A stretch of DNA of 64,000 nt from Anaerolineaceae bacterium (GCA_035543095.1 DATKKB010000076.1:10338-74337), one strand, 5' to 3'; positions 1-9,508 are shown, numbered from the stretch's first letter. Numbers and translations are program-made. The notes: generated by a model from the sequence alone, not told the origin.

Positions 1-2
1 GC

Positions 3-230
3 TGGCTAATTTCGACCTTGATCATGCTCTTCGTTGGGATCGGTTTATGGGCGTTATTCATCAAGACGGTCGATTATTCCAGCGGCCAGCCCTTGCAGAG
101 TCCGATCATGTTTTTCCCCTTGCCGGCCATCCTGTTTATTCTATTATTTTGGGTGCGTTGGTGGGCATTTCACCCGGTTAGCAACTGGTTTGACCTGGTT
201 TACGAGCGCGAAAATCCTAAAATTCGATAA
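3..230 (+). CDS. C-terminal fragment of a membrane protein (frame open to the window edge)
   Basis: This frame has no stop from base 3 to the TAA at 228-230. The translated tail is two hydrophobic helices. The stop abuts the next ATG (TAAATG at 228-233). Identity cannot be determined. A two-helix C-terminal anchor would fit a GtrB/ArnC-type polyprenyl-phosphate glycosyltransferase, but that is inference from the neighbours. Confidence 0.3.
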   Translation, partial: WLISTLIMLFVGIGLWALFIKTVDYSSGQPLQSPIMFFPLPAILFILLFWVRWWAFHPVSNWFDLVYERENPKIR

Positions 231-1700
231 ATGAACCGTAACCATCGCTATTGGTTGGCTGGAATTTTGGTCCTGGCTGGTTTTATTCGGTGCCTGGCCA
301 TTTCAGTCCGGGGCATCCAATACGACGATGCTTTCAGCATTTTTCTGGCAGAACGAAGTCTGACGCAGATCATCCAGGGCACTGCAGCCGATACCATGCC
401 GCCTTTGTATTATTTTTTACTCCATTTCTGGCTGTGGGTCAGCCAGGATCTGGTGTGGCTGCGCCTCTTGAGCGTTTTGCTCAGCCTGGGAATAGTAGTG
501 TTTTTATACCTCCTGGTGCGCCAATTATTTGACGAAAGGGCCGCTCTGTGGTCGGCTTTTTTTGCAGCCATCTCGCCGCTCCAGTTTTACCACGCCCAGG
601 ATATTCGCATGTACGCTCTGCTGGCGTTTGCCCAGCTTGGATATGCCTGGTTTTTTGCCAGGATCTGGACTGGATCGCAGGCGAAACCCACCTATAGCTG
701 GATCGGGCTGGTTGTCTTTGGAACGATTGCCATGTATTCCCACAACCTGGCGATCTTTTTCCTGGTTGTGCCAGATTTCTTCTTGCTTGTAAAACGCCGC
801 TGGCAGTTGCTGGCAAAGCTTATTGCTGCCCAGTTGATAATCGGTCTTGCATCCATTCCCTGGCTGGTTCTCGTTCCAGGGCAGGTGGATAAAATCCAGC
901 GGGCTTTCTGGACCCCGGCGCCCGGCCTGGTGGATATCATTCAGGCGTTTATGATGAGCACATCGGGATTGCCTTTATCCGGCATATGGCTCTATATCGG
1001 GTTGATCCTGAGTATCGCGCTATTCTTTTTAATCCTCTACGGCTTGATATGGAATAAGAAAATATCTGATTCTCAGCTCTTGATCATCTCGCTCGCTTTT
1101 TTACCTCCAATTTTATTATTTATTGTCTCATATTTGATCCGCCCGGTATTTGTGCCGCGTGGATTCCTGGCGTCGACCCTGGCATACCTGGCATTGGCCG
1201 GTACTCTTGTCGCCTGGAGATGGTCCCGACCAATTGGAATTGGCATCACGTTATGCCTGGTGACAGCGGCTGCGATCGGGCTGCCGGCGCAGGTGAGCTT
1301 TCAGGATTTTCCGCGATCTCCTTTCTTAAAAGCGGCCGCTTATCTTGCATCTAACAAGTCGCAGGATGAGGTTGTAATTCACGATAACAAGTTGTCCTAT
1401 TTTCCGATGGAATATTACAAGCCAGATATGCCCCAGAAATTCCTGCCGGATGAGCCTGGATCGCCGAATGATACCTTTGCCCGCCCTTCCCAGGTAGCAA
1501 TGAATATTTTCCCAGAGGTTGACCTGACCTCTGCGTTAGGCGGTCATAAACACCTCTTCTTCATTGTCTTCCGTGAAACAATAGCCGAATACGAGGCGGC
1601 CGGCCAACAACATCCCCAATTGAGCCAGCTTGAAACGACCTTTCGCCAGGTTGGTCTGAAAGAATTCAACGACCTGCAAGTTTACGAGTTCAATCAATAA
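231..1700 (+). CDS. GT-C fold membrane glycosyltransferase, family 39/83-like (ArnT/PMT_2 type)
   Basis: 489 aa with many hydrophobic helices. The first loop carries an acidic motif (IQYDDAFSIF) followed by PPLYYFLLHFW, the layout of ArnT/PMT-type polyprenyl-phosphate-sugar transferases. The C-terminal ~130 aa is soluble. Confidence 0.7.
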   Translation: MNRNHRYWLAGILVLAGFIRCLAISVRGIQYDDAFSIFLAERSLTQIIQGTAADTMPPLYYFLLHFWLWVSQDLVWLRLLSVLLSLGIVVFLYLLVRQLFDERAALWSAFFAAISPLQFYHAQDIRMYALLAFAQLGYAWFFARIWTGSQAKPTYSWIGLVVFGTIAMYSHNLAIFFLVVPDFFLLVKRRWQLLAKLIAAQLIIGLASIPWLVLVPGQVDKIQRAFWTPAPGLVDIIQAFMMSTSGLPLSGIWLYIGLILSIALFFLILYGLIWNKKISDSQLLIISLAFLPPILLFIVSYLIRPVFVPRGFLASTLAYLALAGTLVAWRWSRPIGIGITLCLVTAAAIGLPAQVSFQDFPRSPFLKAAAYLASNKSQDEVVIHDNKLSYFPMEYYKPDMPQKFLPDEPGSPNDTFARPSQVAMNIFPEVDLTSALGGHKHLFFIVFRETIAEYEAAGQQHPQLSQLETTFRQVGLKEFNDLQVYEFNQ

Positions 1701-1711
1701 GTTTGTGTGCA

Positions 1712-3298
1712 ATGAAGCGAAACGAATTCGTTATCATTTTTGTCCTTGGTTTGATAGCGCTGGCAGCATCCTCTGCTTTCATTCACGTTCCCGGATATAT
1801 GGACGCAGATTACTATTATGCAGGTGGAATGCAACTTGCCAATGGAAAAGGGTTTACAGAGCCTTTCCTTTGGAATTACCTGGACGACCCGGCAGGCATT
1901 CCCCATCCTTCGCATACCTATTGGATGCCTTTGACTTCGATCCTATCCAGCGCTGGAATGGCGCTGACGGGTAAGGCCGATTTCATCTCGGCCCGGCTTC
2001 TATTAATTTTGATCGCAGCGCTGGTCCCTCCGTTAACCGCCTTCGTTTCTTGGCGCTTGAGCCGGCGCAGGTTGAGCGCCTGGCTTGCCGCCGGCCTGTC
2101 AATTTTCCCCGGTTTTTACGCCATTTACATGGGAATCACCGACACTTTCCCGGTGTACATGTTGCTTGGTACGCTTTTCCTCATTTTGGGATCGGTCGAA
2201 CTTCACAATAGAGTCCTGAAGTACTCAGGGCTGGGGTTGTTAGCCGGCTTGATGCACCTTGCTCGCGCGGATGGAATCCTCTGGCTGGCGGCTGGTTTCG
2301 GGTTAATCCTTATTGACAGCAGGCCTTTCCTGCATAATTTTAAGGGAGCAATTCTGAACATTTTTAACCGGGTATTGCCATTGAGCTGCGGGTACATTCT
2401 TGTCATGGGATTATGGTACGCCCGCAACCTGCTGATATTTGGCGCATTATTCTCGCCGGCAGGGGGCAGAGTATTATGGCTCATTAATTACGACCAGATG
2501 TTTATCTTTCCAGCCGGCCAATTAACTTTTCAATCCTGGGTATCTGCTGGCTTGGGCTCAGCTCTTTCAGTTCGTTGGGATGCGCTTGGGGCAAATTTGC
2601 AGACGGCTCTGGCCGTCCAGGGCGAGATATTCTTGTTCCCGTTAATCCTGATCGGCTGCTGGCGCTTGCGAACTGTACAAATGGTCCGGTTGGCCGGCGT
2701 CATGTATGGCGTTACATTTTTGGTGATGACGATTGTTTTTCCACTGGCAGGTGGGCGGGGGGGATTCTTCCATTCTGGCGCCGCTTTTCAGCCAGTATTA
2801 TGGACAATTGCAGCCGAGGGCTTTATAGGGGCGATAGAAGCAGGAGTGCGCCTCCGGAAAAATTGGAGGTTTGAGCGAGCCTCGAAGGGTTTTGGGGTGT
2901 TGTTGCTCTCGCTAAGTGCCGCCCTGACCCTGGCACTCTTCATGCAGCAGGTTATAAATGAGGCGCCCAATCCTTCCGCCTGGGAAAAAAGTAACAGTGA
3001 ATATAAAGCGGTAGAGAGTTCCCTTGTGGATCTCGGCGCCGGGCAAAATCAAATAGTGATGGTCAATAATCCGCCAGGCTACTACGTCGCCACCGGTCGT
3101 CCGGCAATCGTCATTCCGGATGGCGGCGTGAATTCTTTGCTGGCTGCCGCAAATCAATTTAAAGCGAGCTACCTGCTGCTGGAGCAAAACACGGTGGCCG
3201 GGTTGAGAGACCTTTTCAGTCAACCCCGAACCGTTCAAGGGCTAGCTTTTATTAGAACAGTCGACCATATTCAGATATTTAAGATTGGCGCGCCATGA
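1712..3298 (+). CDS. polytopic membrane protein, probable GT-C-like glycosyltransferase
   Basis: About 528 aa counted from the ATG at 1712 (the ORF track starts at 1703). It is very hydrophobic. The acidic/aromatic first loop is PGYMDADYYYAGGMQLANGKGF. The C-terminal part is a soluble domain. It lies 2-11 nt after the preceding GT-C gene. Confidence 0.45.
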   Translation: MKRNEFVIIFVLGLIALAASSAFIHVPGYMDADYYYAGGMQLANGKGFTEPFLWNYLDDPAGIPHPSHTYWMPLTSILSSAGMALTGKADFISARLLLILIAALVPPLTAFVSWRLSRRRLSAWLAAGLSIFPGFYAIYMGITDTFPVYMLLGTLFLILGSVELHNRVLKYSGLGLLAGLMHLARADGILWLAAGFGLILIDSRPFLHNFKGAILNIFNRVLPLSCGYILVMGLWYARNLLIFGALFSPAGGRVLWLINYDQMFIFPAGQLTFQSWVSAGLGSALSVRWDALGANLQTALAVQGEIFLFPLILIGCWRLRTVQMVRLAGVMYGVTFLVMTIVFPLAGGRGGFFHSGAAFQPVLWTIAAEGFIGAIEAGVRLRKNWRFERASKGFGVLLLSLSAALTLALFMQQVINEAPNPSAWEKSNSEYKAVESSLVDLGAGQNQIVMVNNPPGYYVATGRPAIVIPDGGVNSLLAAANQFKASYLLLEQNTVAGLRDLFSQPRTVQGLAFIRTVDHIQIFKIGAP

Positions 3299-3332
3299 GA
3301 ATTCCGGAACTGAAAAGGATACATAACAACAA

Positions 3333-4838
3333 ATGATCTCAGGCGCGGCGCAGAAGAAACCCTGGTGGGTTCTGGTCGTTTTTCTGGCCGTTTTGATTTG
3401 TGTGGGTTATATCCTCACCAGCCAGGTTGTATTTGGCATCGGGTTTCCATTGGATGACGCCTGGATCCATCAGACCTACGCCCGCAACCTGGCTCAGTTT
3501 GGCGAATGGTCCTTTATTCCGGGGCAGCTTTCGGCAGGGTCAACGGCTCCGCTCTGGTCTGTGCTGTTGTCCATCGGATATTTGTTGGGCCTGGCTCCTT
3601 ATTGGTGGACCTACCTCCTGGGCGCACTTTGCCTGGCAGTCCTGGCGATCACCGGTGAAAAATGGTCGCGCATTTTGGATGGCAGTTCCCCGCGGATTTT
3701 CCCCTTGGTCGGAATATTTCTGTTGGGCGAATGGCACCTTGTGTGGGCGGCGGCTTCCGGCATGGAAACGATTCTTTTCGGCCTGGTGATCCTCGCTGTA
3801 TTCCTTTTTCTTGCCGTGCGCCGGCGGGATTGGATTACCGGAGCGTTGATCGGTTTGTCGATCTGGATTCGTCCGGATGGCTTAACTTTGCTCGGCCCGG
3901 CGCTATTTCAAACCTGGCTTGAATCGAAATCCTGGCTGGAGCGGATAAAGCGAACTCGTGATATCGGTTTACCCTTTTCGATTGGCCTGGCAGCTTACCT
4001 TGTTTTCAACCAGCTCGTTTCTAATACCTGGCTTCCCAATACCTTTTACGCAAAACAGACAGAATACGCGGTTTACCAGCACCTTCCTTTCCTGGAACGA
4101 TTCTTTTCTTTATTTTCCTTACCGATGGTTGGAGCCGGCATCTTCCTCCTGCCCGGATTTGTTTACTTTATTTGGAAATCAATCAGGAATCGCAACTGGA
4201 ACGTGCTGGGAGCTTCGATGTGGTGGGCCGGGTATACTCTGATTTACATTCTGCGTCTACCGGTTGTTTACCAGCATGGGCGCTACCTGATTCCGGCAAT
4301 GCCGGTGTTTTTTGTTCTCGGATTGGCCGGCCTTTTCGACAGCATACCCAAGCTTCGATGTTTTCCAGCCCAGCCAACCAATAAACCTGGTCTCTTAAAA
4401 CGGTTGCAGCGCAGCCTATCGGTCGGGTGGGCAACTGGCGTTGGCTCGCTATGGTTGGTCATGCTTTTTATAGGGGCGTTTACCTATGCCCAGGATGTAG
4501 CAATTATCCAGACGGAAATGGTGACGACTGCAAGATGGATTTCCCAAAATACCCCCCAGGATGCTTTAATTGGCGCTCACGATATCGGGGCATTAGGGTT
4601 TTTTGGAAATCGTAAGATCCTCGACCTGGCCGGCTTGATCTCACCGCAGGTTATCCCCATTATTCGCAATGAACCAGCCCTCAAGGTATTTTTGGATCAA
4701 AACAAGGCGGATTACCTGATGACTTTCCCATCATGGTACAGCGAACTGGCGAAAGGCGCGACGCCGGTGTTTACGACGAGTGGAAAGTTTTCTCCAGATG
4801 CTGGCGGAGAAAATATGACTGTGTATAAATGGCCTTGA
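3333..4838 (+). CDS. polytopic membrane protein, probable GT-C-like (arabinofuranosyl/mannosyl-transferase-like) enzyme
   Basis: 501 aa and multi-pass. The N-terminal loop motif GFPLDDAWIHQTYARNLAQFGEWSF...GSTAPLW resembles the DDAxI...YARNL...PLW loop I associate with a GT-C subgroup. It is the third consecutive gene of this kind. Confidence 0.45.
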   Translation: MISGAAQKKPWWVLVVFLAVLICVGYILTSQVVFGIGFPLDDAWIHQTYARNLAQFGEWSFIPGQLSAGSTAPLWSVLLSIGYLLGLAPYWWTYLLGALCLAVLAITGEKWSRILDGSSPRIFPLVGIFLLGEWHLVWAAASGMETILFGLVILAVFLFLAVRRRDWITGALIGLSIWIRPDGLTLLGPALFQTWLESKSWLERIKRTRDIGLPFSIGLAAYLVFNQLVSNTWLPNTFYAKQTEYAVYQHLPFLERFFSLFSLPMVGAGIFLLPGFVYFIWKSIRNRNWNVLGASMWWAGYTLIYILRLPVVYQHGRYLIPAMPVFFVLGLAGLFDSIPKLRCFPAQPTNKPGLLKRLQRSLSVGWATGVGSLWLVMLFIGAFTYAQDVAIIQTEMVTTARWISQNTPQDALIGAHDIGALGFFGNRKILDLAGLISPQVIPIIRNEPALKVFLDQNKADYLMTFPSWYSELAKGATPVFTTSGKFSPDAGGENMTVYKWP

Positions 4839-4933
4839 ATTCAACGTGTGTCTTAGGATGTAATAGCAATAATTGGATGATTCCTCAATCAGGGGCAAGC
4901 CTTGCATTTTTGTTGAGAAATCCAAAGATTTGT

Positions 4934-4961
4934 TTGAATACCTGGATGGATTAGTTATAGT
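4934..4961 (+). promoter_or_regulatory. candidate sigma-70-type promoter (TTGAAT-16 nt-TATAGT)
   Basis: TTGAAT at 4934-4939 and TATAGT at 4956-4961, in the AT-rich 283-bp gap upstream of the histidine kinase gene. Sequence pattern only. Confidence 0.25.
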
Positions 4962-5121
4962 ATACTTAAACGATATATTTGAAATGAAATCCTTTTTTAG
5001 CGCTTATTCGAAAACGTCATCAGGACTGTTTCCCTCGAGACCTGAGTCTCGAAGGAATGGATCAATTTAAAATTCGGATAAATTATTACCAATCAGGATT
5101 ATTCGTTCAGGAGAGATTGAC

Positions 5122-6192
5122 ATGCCTTTGAATGTCGAGCCTAAATCTGATGTAGCAAGTTTGCCAAAGTTGGTAAAAGAGGATCTCGATCAATCACAGC
5201 GAACTTTACAGGAGATTACGATGATGATCGAGCAAAGTCAGGCAGAGCTTGCCAGGCTGACCCAAAGGAACGCGTCGATTACGGGCAATTTGCAGACGAT
5301 CCTATCTCAAATTGAGACGGTTCCCCGCTCTGATATTCGTGCGGCCTACTCCAGTGCGATGGATGCCCAGCAACGCCTGTTGATGATGCGCGGGCAGTTG
5401 GATAAACTGCAAGGCGATCAGAATTACCTGCAAAAATATATCCAGATGCTCGAAAAGGTCGAGCAGGTTGTAGGCGATGACGATACGATCAGTGGTACTG
5501 GTCCGCGCAAAGGACAGGGATCGGCCATTCTTGAGATGGTCGTTAAGGCCCAGGAAGCCGAGCGCTTTAGATTGTCCCGTCAGATGCACGATGGACCAGC
5601 TCAGGCGCTCTCCAATTTCATCGTTCAGACTGAGATTGCCTCCCGCCTCTTCGAGCTCGACCCTAATCGGGCAAAGGACGAGTTGAGTAATTTAAAACAG
5701 GCGGCTATGACCACATTTCAAAAGGTGCGAACTTTTATTTTTGAGCTGCGCCCGATGAGTCTGGATGATCTTGGCCTGTATCCCACTATCAAGCGCTACG
5801 CCGAAGCATTTAAAGAACAGACCGGATACGATGTCACGTTGACCTTGACCGGCCAGGAACAACGTTTTGAATCCTTCGTCGAAGTTCTTGTGTTTCGTGC
5901 CCTGCAGGAATTAATGGGCAATGCGGCCCGCCATAACCTGGATGCTCCCTCGAAAGTTCAAATTACTGTTATTATTATGGTTGAAGATAACCTCATCAAA
6001 GTCAGTGTCAGCGATAACGGAAAAGGTTTTGATCCAGCCATACTGGTAAACTCTGAAGGAATAGGCCTTAAACTGATCCGAGAACGCGTGGAAATGCTTG
6101 GCGGTTACATGGATATTGATGCGGTTCCTGGCCAGGGAAGCAAGATTTCTTTCCAAGTTCCTTGCATTGAGCCTGGTGGAATGACGCAATAA
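5122..6192 (+). CDS. cytoplasmic sensor histidine kinase, HisKA_3 type (DegS/NarX-like)
   Basis: 356 aa with no TM segments and a coiled-coil-like N-terminus. H-box RLSRQMHDGPAQALSN. HATPase motifs ELMGNAARH, DNGKGF and GIGLKLIRERVEMLGG. AGGAGA RBS before the ATG. Confidence 0.8.
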   Translation: MPLNVEPKSDVASLPKLVKEDLDQSQRTLQEITMMIEQSQAELARLTQRNASITGNLQTILSQIETVPRSDIRAAYSSAMDAQQRLLMMRGQLDKLQGDQNYLQKYIQMLEKVEQVVGDDDTISGTGPRKGQGSAILEMVVKAQEAERFRLSRQMHDGPAQALSNFIVQTEIASRLFELDPNRAKDELSNLKQAAMTTFQKVRTFIFELRPMSLDDLGLYPTIKRYAEAFKEQTGYDVTLTLTGQEQRFESFVEVLVFRALQELMGNAARHNLDAPSKVQITVIIMVEDNLIKVSVSDNGKGFDPAILVNSEGIGLKLIRERVEMLGGYMDIDAVPGQGSKISFQVPCIEPGGMTQ

Positions 6193-6216
6193 ATTTATTC
6201 ATTTTTTGAGGTGTAA

Positions 6217-7386
6217 ATGTCTAAGACGATCGGTCTCTTAACAGGTGGAGGCGATGTACCTGGCCTCAATCCATGCATGAAAGCAGTGGTTCTCAGCGCC
6301 CTGGAAATTGGCTACCGGGTCATAGGAATTCGAAAGGGGTGGGGAGGCCTCCTCAATTACAACCTGGATGAGCCCTCGACCCATGATTATTACATCCGGA
6401 ATTTGACCAAGGAAGACGTGCGTACCATTGATCGCACCGGCGGAACTTTCCTCCATACCTCCCGGACCAATCCCCAAAACGTCGGGGTCGAGAAAACGCC
6501 GGATTTTTTGAAGAATTCCGATCTGGGCAAGCCGGTAGACGACAAAGGGACGATGGATTATACCAAGCATGTCCTGAAAGTATTAAACCATCTCGGAATC
6601 GACGTAATGGTCCCGATTGGCGGCGACGATACTTTGAGTTACGGCGTGCGCCTGCACAAAGAGGGATTCCCGGTTGTTGCTATTCCAAAAACGATGGATA
6701 ATGATGTTTTCGGCACGGATTATTGCATCGGCTTTTCGACCGCCATCACGCGCAGCGTCGATTTTATTACCAACATGCGTACGTCCGTCGGCAGCCACGA
6801 ACGCATCGGAATAGTGGAATTGTTTGGGCGAAATTCAGGAGAGACCAGCCTGATTACGGCTTATTTGGCATACGTCGATCGCGCCATCATCACCGAAGTG
6901 CCGTTTAACATCCATAAGCTGGCCGAGTTCCTGGTTGAGGATAAGCGCAATAACAGTTCAAATTACGCCTTGATGACCATCTCGGAAGGTGCAATCGTTG
7001 AGGGATTAGACGTGGTTGAAACGGGAGAAGCTGATGCCTTCGGCCATCGTAAGCTTGGCGGCGTTGGGGAAATTGTCGCCGATCAAATAAAGCTCTTGAC
7101 AGGACAGGACATTATGTACCAGCAGCTTGCTTACCTTATGCGTTCCGGCGCTCCGGATTCGTTGGACCGCATGGTAGCCATGTCGTTTGGACACCTGGCC
7201 ATTCAGTTGATTCGCCGGAATGAATACGGCAAAATGGTTGGCCTGCACGGCGGTAAGTACACTACCGTTCCAGTTGAGATGATTTTAGCCGGTAAGAAAC
7301 GGGTGGACGTCCCTAGCTATTATGATATTGAGACTTACCGGCCAAAGGTGCGCGATTTCATGGGTGTACCCATGTTCTTGAGCTGA
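6217..7386 (+). CDS. pfp: 6-phosphofructokinase, predicted pyrophosphate-dependent type
   Basis: 389 aa with [23 protein letters not shown] and IPKTMDNDV. The GGDD and PKT motifs (Asp and Lys where E. coli PfkA has Gly104 and Gly124) are the residues reported to mark PPi-PFKs. Confidence 0.8.
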   Translation: MSKTIGLLTGGGDVPGLNPCMKAVVLSALEIGYRVIGIRKGWGGLLNYNLDEPSTHDYYIRNLTKEDVRTIDRTGGTFLHTSRTNPQNVGVEKTPDFLKNSDLGKPVDDKGTMDYTKHVLKVLNHLGIDVMVPIGGDDTLSYGVRLHKEGFPVVAIPKTMDNDVFGTDYCIGFSTAITRSVDFITNMRTSVGSHERIGIVELFGRNSGETSLITAYLAYVDRAIITEVPFNIHKLAEFLVEDKRNNSSNYALMTISEGAIVEGLDVVETGEADAFGHRKLGGVGEIVADQIKLLTGQDIMYQQLAYLMRSGAPDSLDRMVAMSFGHLAIQLIRRNEYGKMVGLHGGKYTTVPVEMILAGKKRVDVPSYYDIETYRPKVRDFMGVPMFLS

Positions 7387-7412
7387 TCGAAAATTAATCG
7401 CACTGAATGAAA

Positions 7413-7467
7413 AGAATGCGGTGTTGTGTGTGGTCAGAATTTGTCCACACCGAAGACATCGCATTCT
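7413..7467 (+). terminator. imperfect hairpin downstream of pfk
   Basis: AGAATGCG (7413-7420) pairs with CGCATTCT (7460-7467). An inner GTGTGG/CCACAC stem is also present. There is no strong U-tract. Confidence 0.3.
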
Positions 7468-7497
7468 GCTTAATAGAAATTTATCAATTGGAAATCT

Positions 7498-8001
7498 ATG
7501 CCAAAAAGTGACCAGGGTGTTTTTTCTGACCGGTACCAGGTTATTCCTCGTACTCTGATATTTTTAACTCGGGGAGAGCAAGTTTTACTTTTAAAAGGAG
7601 CTCCTGAAAAGCGACTGTGGGCTAACCGTTATAACGGCATCGGCGGCCACATTGAACGAGGGGAGGATGTCTTAACCGCGGCTGAAAGGGAGCTACGAGA
7701 AGAAACGGGCCTTACGGCCTCGAAATTAATACTTTGTGGAACCTTGATAGTAGATGCCAGCGATCAGATCGGAATTGCGATTTATATCCTGAAAGGCGAA
7801 TTCGTCAGCGGCATAATAAAATCCTCGCCCGAGGGAATGCCGGAGTGGGTGCCGTATTCAGAGATCCACAATATTTCCCTGGTAGAAGACCTTGCGGTTT
7901 TACTCCCGAGAATCCTTGACTTACGGGAGGAAGATCCGCCGTTTAATGCCCGTTCCTATTATGATGAGCAGGACAGGTTACAAATAATCATCAGGAATTA
8001 A
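7498..8001 (+). CDS. NUDIX hydrolase
   Basis: Canonical Nudix box GHIERGEDVLTAAERELREETGL (GX5EX7REUXEEXGU). Confidence 0.8.
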   Translation: MPKSDQGVFSDRYQVIPRTLIFLTRGEQVLLLKGAPEKRLWANRYNGIGGHIERGEDVLTAAERELREETGLTASKLILCGTLIVDASDQIGIAIYILKGEFVSGIIKSSPEGMPEWVPYSEIHNISLVEDLAVLLPRILDLREEDPPFNARSYYDEQDRLQIIIRN

Positions 8002-8021
8002 ATTCTATTTGGTTTTTTTTC

Positions 8022-8750
8022 CTAAAAGAACAAGTCTTTGGTTTGGGCAGGTTCCAGGGAATAACGAACGATCTGCGACATTTCTTCTAGAATTTCCGTT
8101 TGGCGGCCGCTTATATAGCTTTTCAGCTGGTGTGCCTGTTTATCGTTAGGGTAAGTCTCAATCCCTAACGATATCATGGCAGAATTTCCAAGCTGATCGA
8201 TCCTGGCGATTCTACCGCTCAAAGCCAGGGGCATTTTCGATCCCGGCAATCGCAGGCCCGTCTGGATAGATTGTTTAACCTGGATATTTAGCCCTTTATT
8301 GGCCATGCCATAAATCAATAATCCAATGCCGTTAACGGAAATATCAGCAATGCTGGCCGAAATCGACCAATGCGCGATCGACAGTACCGCCCGCAGGGGT
8401 TGCTTAGGTTGAACGCGATCGCCTTTGCGTTGTTTCCAACAATGGTCGATGTAGCTGAGATGTGTGGAAGTAACCAACCCGGTCGCCAGGTCCATTGCGG
8501 CGACGGAAGTGACAACCGATTTCAATAAGGAGTCGTGATGGATATAAATTTGCAGTTCAGGTTTGACGCAGCATATTTGGTGCGGAGGCATGAATTGAAC
8601 ACGATCCTTCTTAAATTCAATGTGTGAAACTCTTTGAGATAGGAATACCCCTTTGTAGATCGTGGTCATTTCAACTTTCTCCCCTTTTTCAGCGAGGCCG
8701 ATTAAAGTCTGCTGGATGTCAAAAAAATCAGATGCATTAGGAGAAAGCAT
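8022..8750 (-). CDS. PilZ domain protein (putative c-di-GMP receptor)
   Basis: 242 aa. RKGDR (RxxxR) is followed about 25 aa later by DISVNG (DxSxxG), the PilZ c-di-GMP binding signature. Confidence 0.6.
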   Translation of the reverse strand: MLSPNASDFFDIQQTLIGLAEKGEKVEMTTIYKGVFLSQRVSHIEFKKDRVQFMPPHQICCVKPELQIYIHHDSLLKSVVTSVAAMDLATGLVTSTHLSYIDHCWKQRKGDRVQPKQPLRAVLSIAHWSISASIADISVNGIGLLIYGMANKGLNIQVKQSIQTGLRLPGSKMPLALSGRIARIDQLGNSAMISLGIETYPNDKQAHQLKSYISGRQTEILEEMSQIVRYSLEPAQTKDLFF

Positions 8751-8874
8751 TGTTATGACCCTTTCTGTAGATAATAAACCGCGACCCCTGAGGTAAAGAG
8801 TCGCGGATGCCTTAGGAGTTCAAAAGCTGCAATGTAATTCAGACGAAATGAATGCTCATTGTTTAAAATTCACT

Positions 8875-8891
8875 TTATCACGATGTGATAA
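8875..8891. promoter_or_regulatory. perfect 7-3-7 palindrome TTATCAC-GAT-GTGATAA (candidate operator)
   Basis: Seen directly about 125 bp upstream of the PilZ gene start, in the 182-bp gap after rsmD. Confidence 0.25.
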
Positions 8892-8932
8892 CCATTACAA
8901 GATAGTTTTTATCAAGTTAGGATTAAGATTTT

Positions 8933-9508
8933 CTAAGAATCCTTATTTACAGCTGATTTATCGTAAAAAACCAGGATTGTGCTTCCATATGTTCTCGTAT
9001 CGAATTCTTCGAAATTTTTAAACAAGATATGTTCGTATTCTACGGGGTCGATTTGCGTGATGATCCAGGCATCTGGGGCAAGCCAGCCTGGATATTGATC
9101 CAGCAGTTCGAGCGCCTTTTGCCACAGGTTCTTATACTGTGGAGGAGCGATATAAACATAATCAAACTGGCGATCCGGTTTTTGTTTCAAATAGATGAAT
9201 GCATCGCTCTGAATTACGTTTGCATTTTCTTCCAGCCGGGTGTATTTTAAGTTGGCCTGGATCGTTGTTACTGCTGGCCGGTTGAGGTCAATGAAACGGA
9301 CATACCCTGCTCCCCGGCTGAGAGCTTCAATTCCCACGCTTCCGGTGCCCCCGAATAGATCTAAAACTTGTGCACCTTGAATATCCGCTCCGAGGATATT
9401 AAATAACGCTTCCTTGACGCGGTCGGTGATCGGCCTGGTAATATCCCCCGGAACAGGCTTGATGCGCATGCCGCGGGCCTTACCGGCAATAATGCGCGGA
9501 TTGCTCAA
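8933..9508 (-). CDS. rsmD: 16S rRNA (guanine966-N2)-methyltransferase RsmD
   Basis: 191 aa. N-terminal RIIAGKARGMRIK, SAM motif LDLFGGTGSVGIEALSRGA and IYIAPPQ (DPPY-like). TTG start. Confidence 0.85.
   Translation of the reverse strand: MSNPRIIAGKARGMRIKPVPGDITRPITDRVKEALFNILGADIQGAQVLDLFGGTGSVGIEALSRGAGYVRFIDLNRPAVTTIQANLKYTRLEENANVIQSDAFIYLKQKPDRQFDYVYIAPPQYKNLWQKALELLDQYPGWLAPDAWIITQIDPVEYEHILFKNFEEFDTRTYGSTILVFYDKSAVNKDS

Noticed and set aside
34-234. 66-aa ORF overlapping the 18-230 ORF in another frame.
   Set aside because: The alternative frame (3-230) is open to the window edge and encodes clean TM helices. The 34-234 translation is Arg/Ser/Cys-rich noise.
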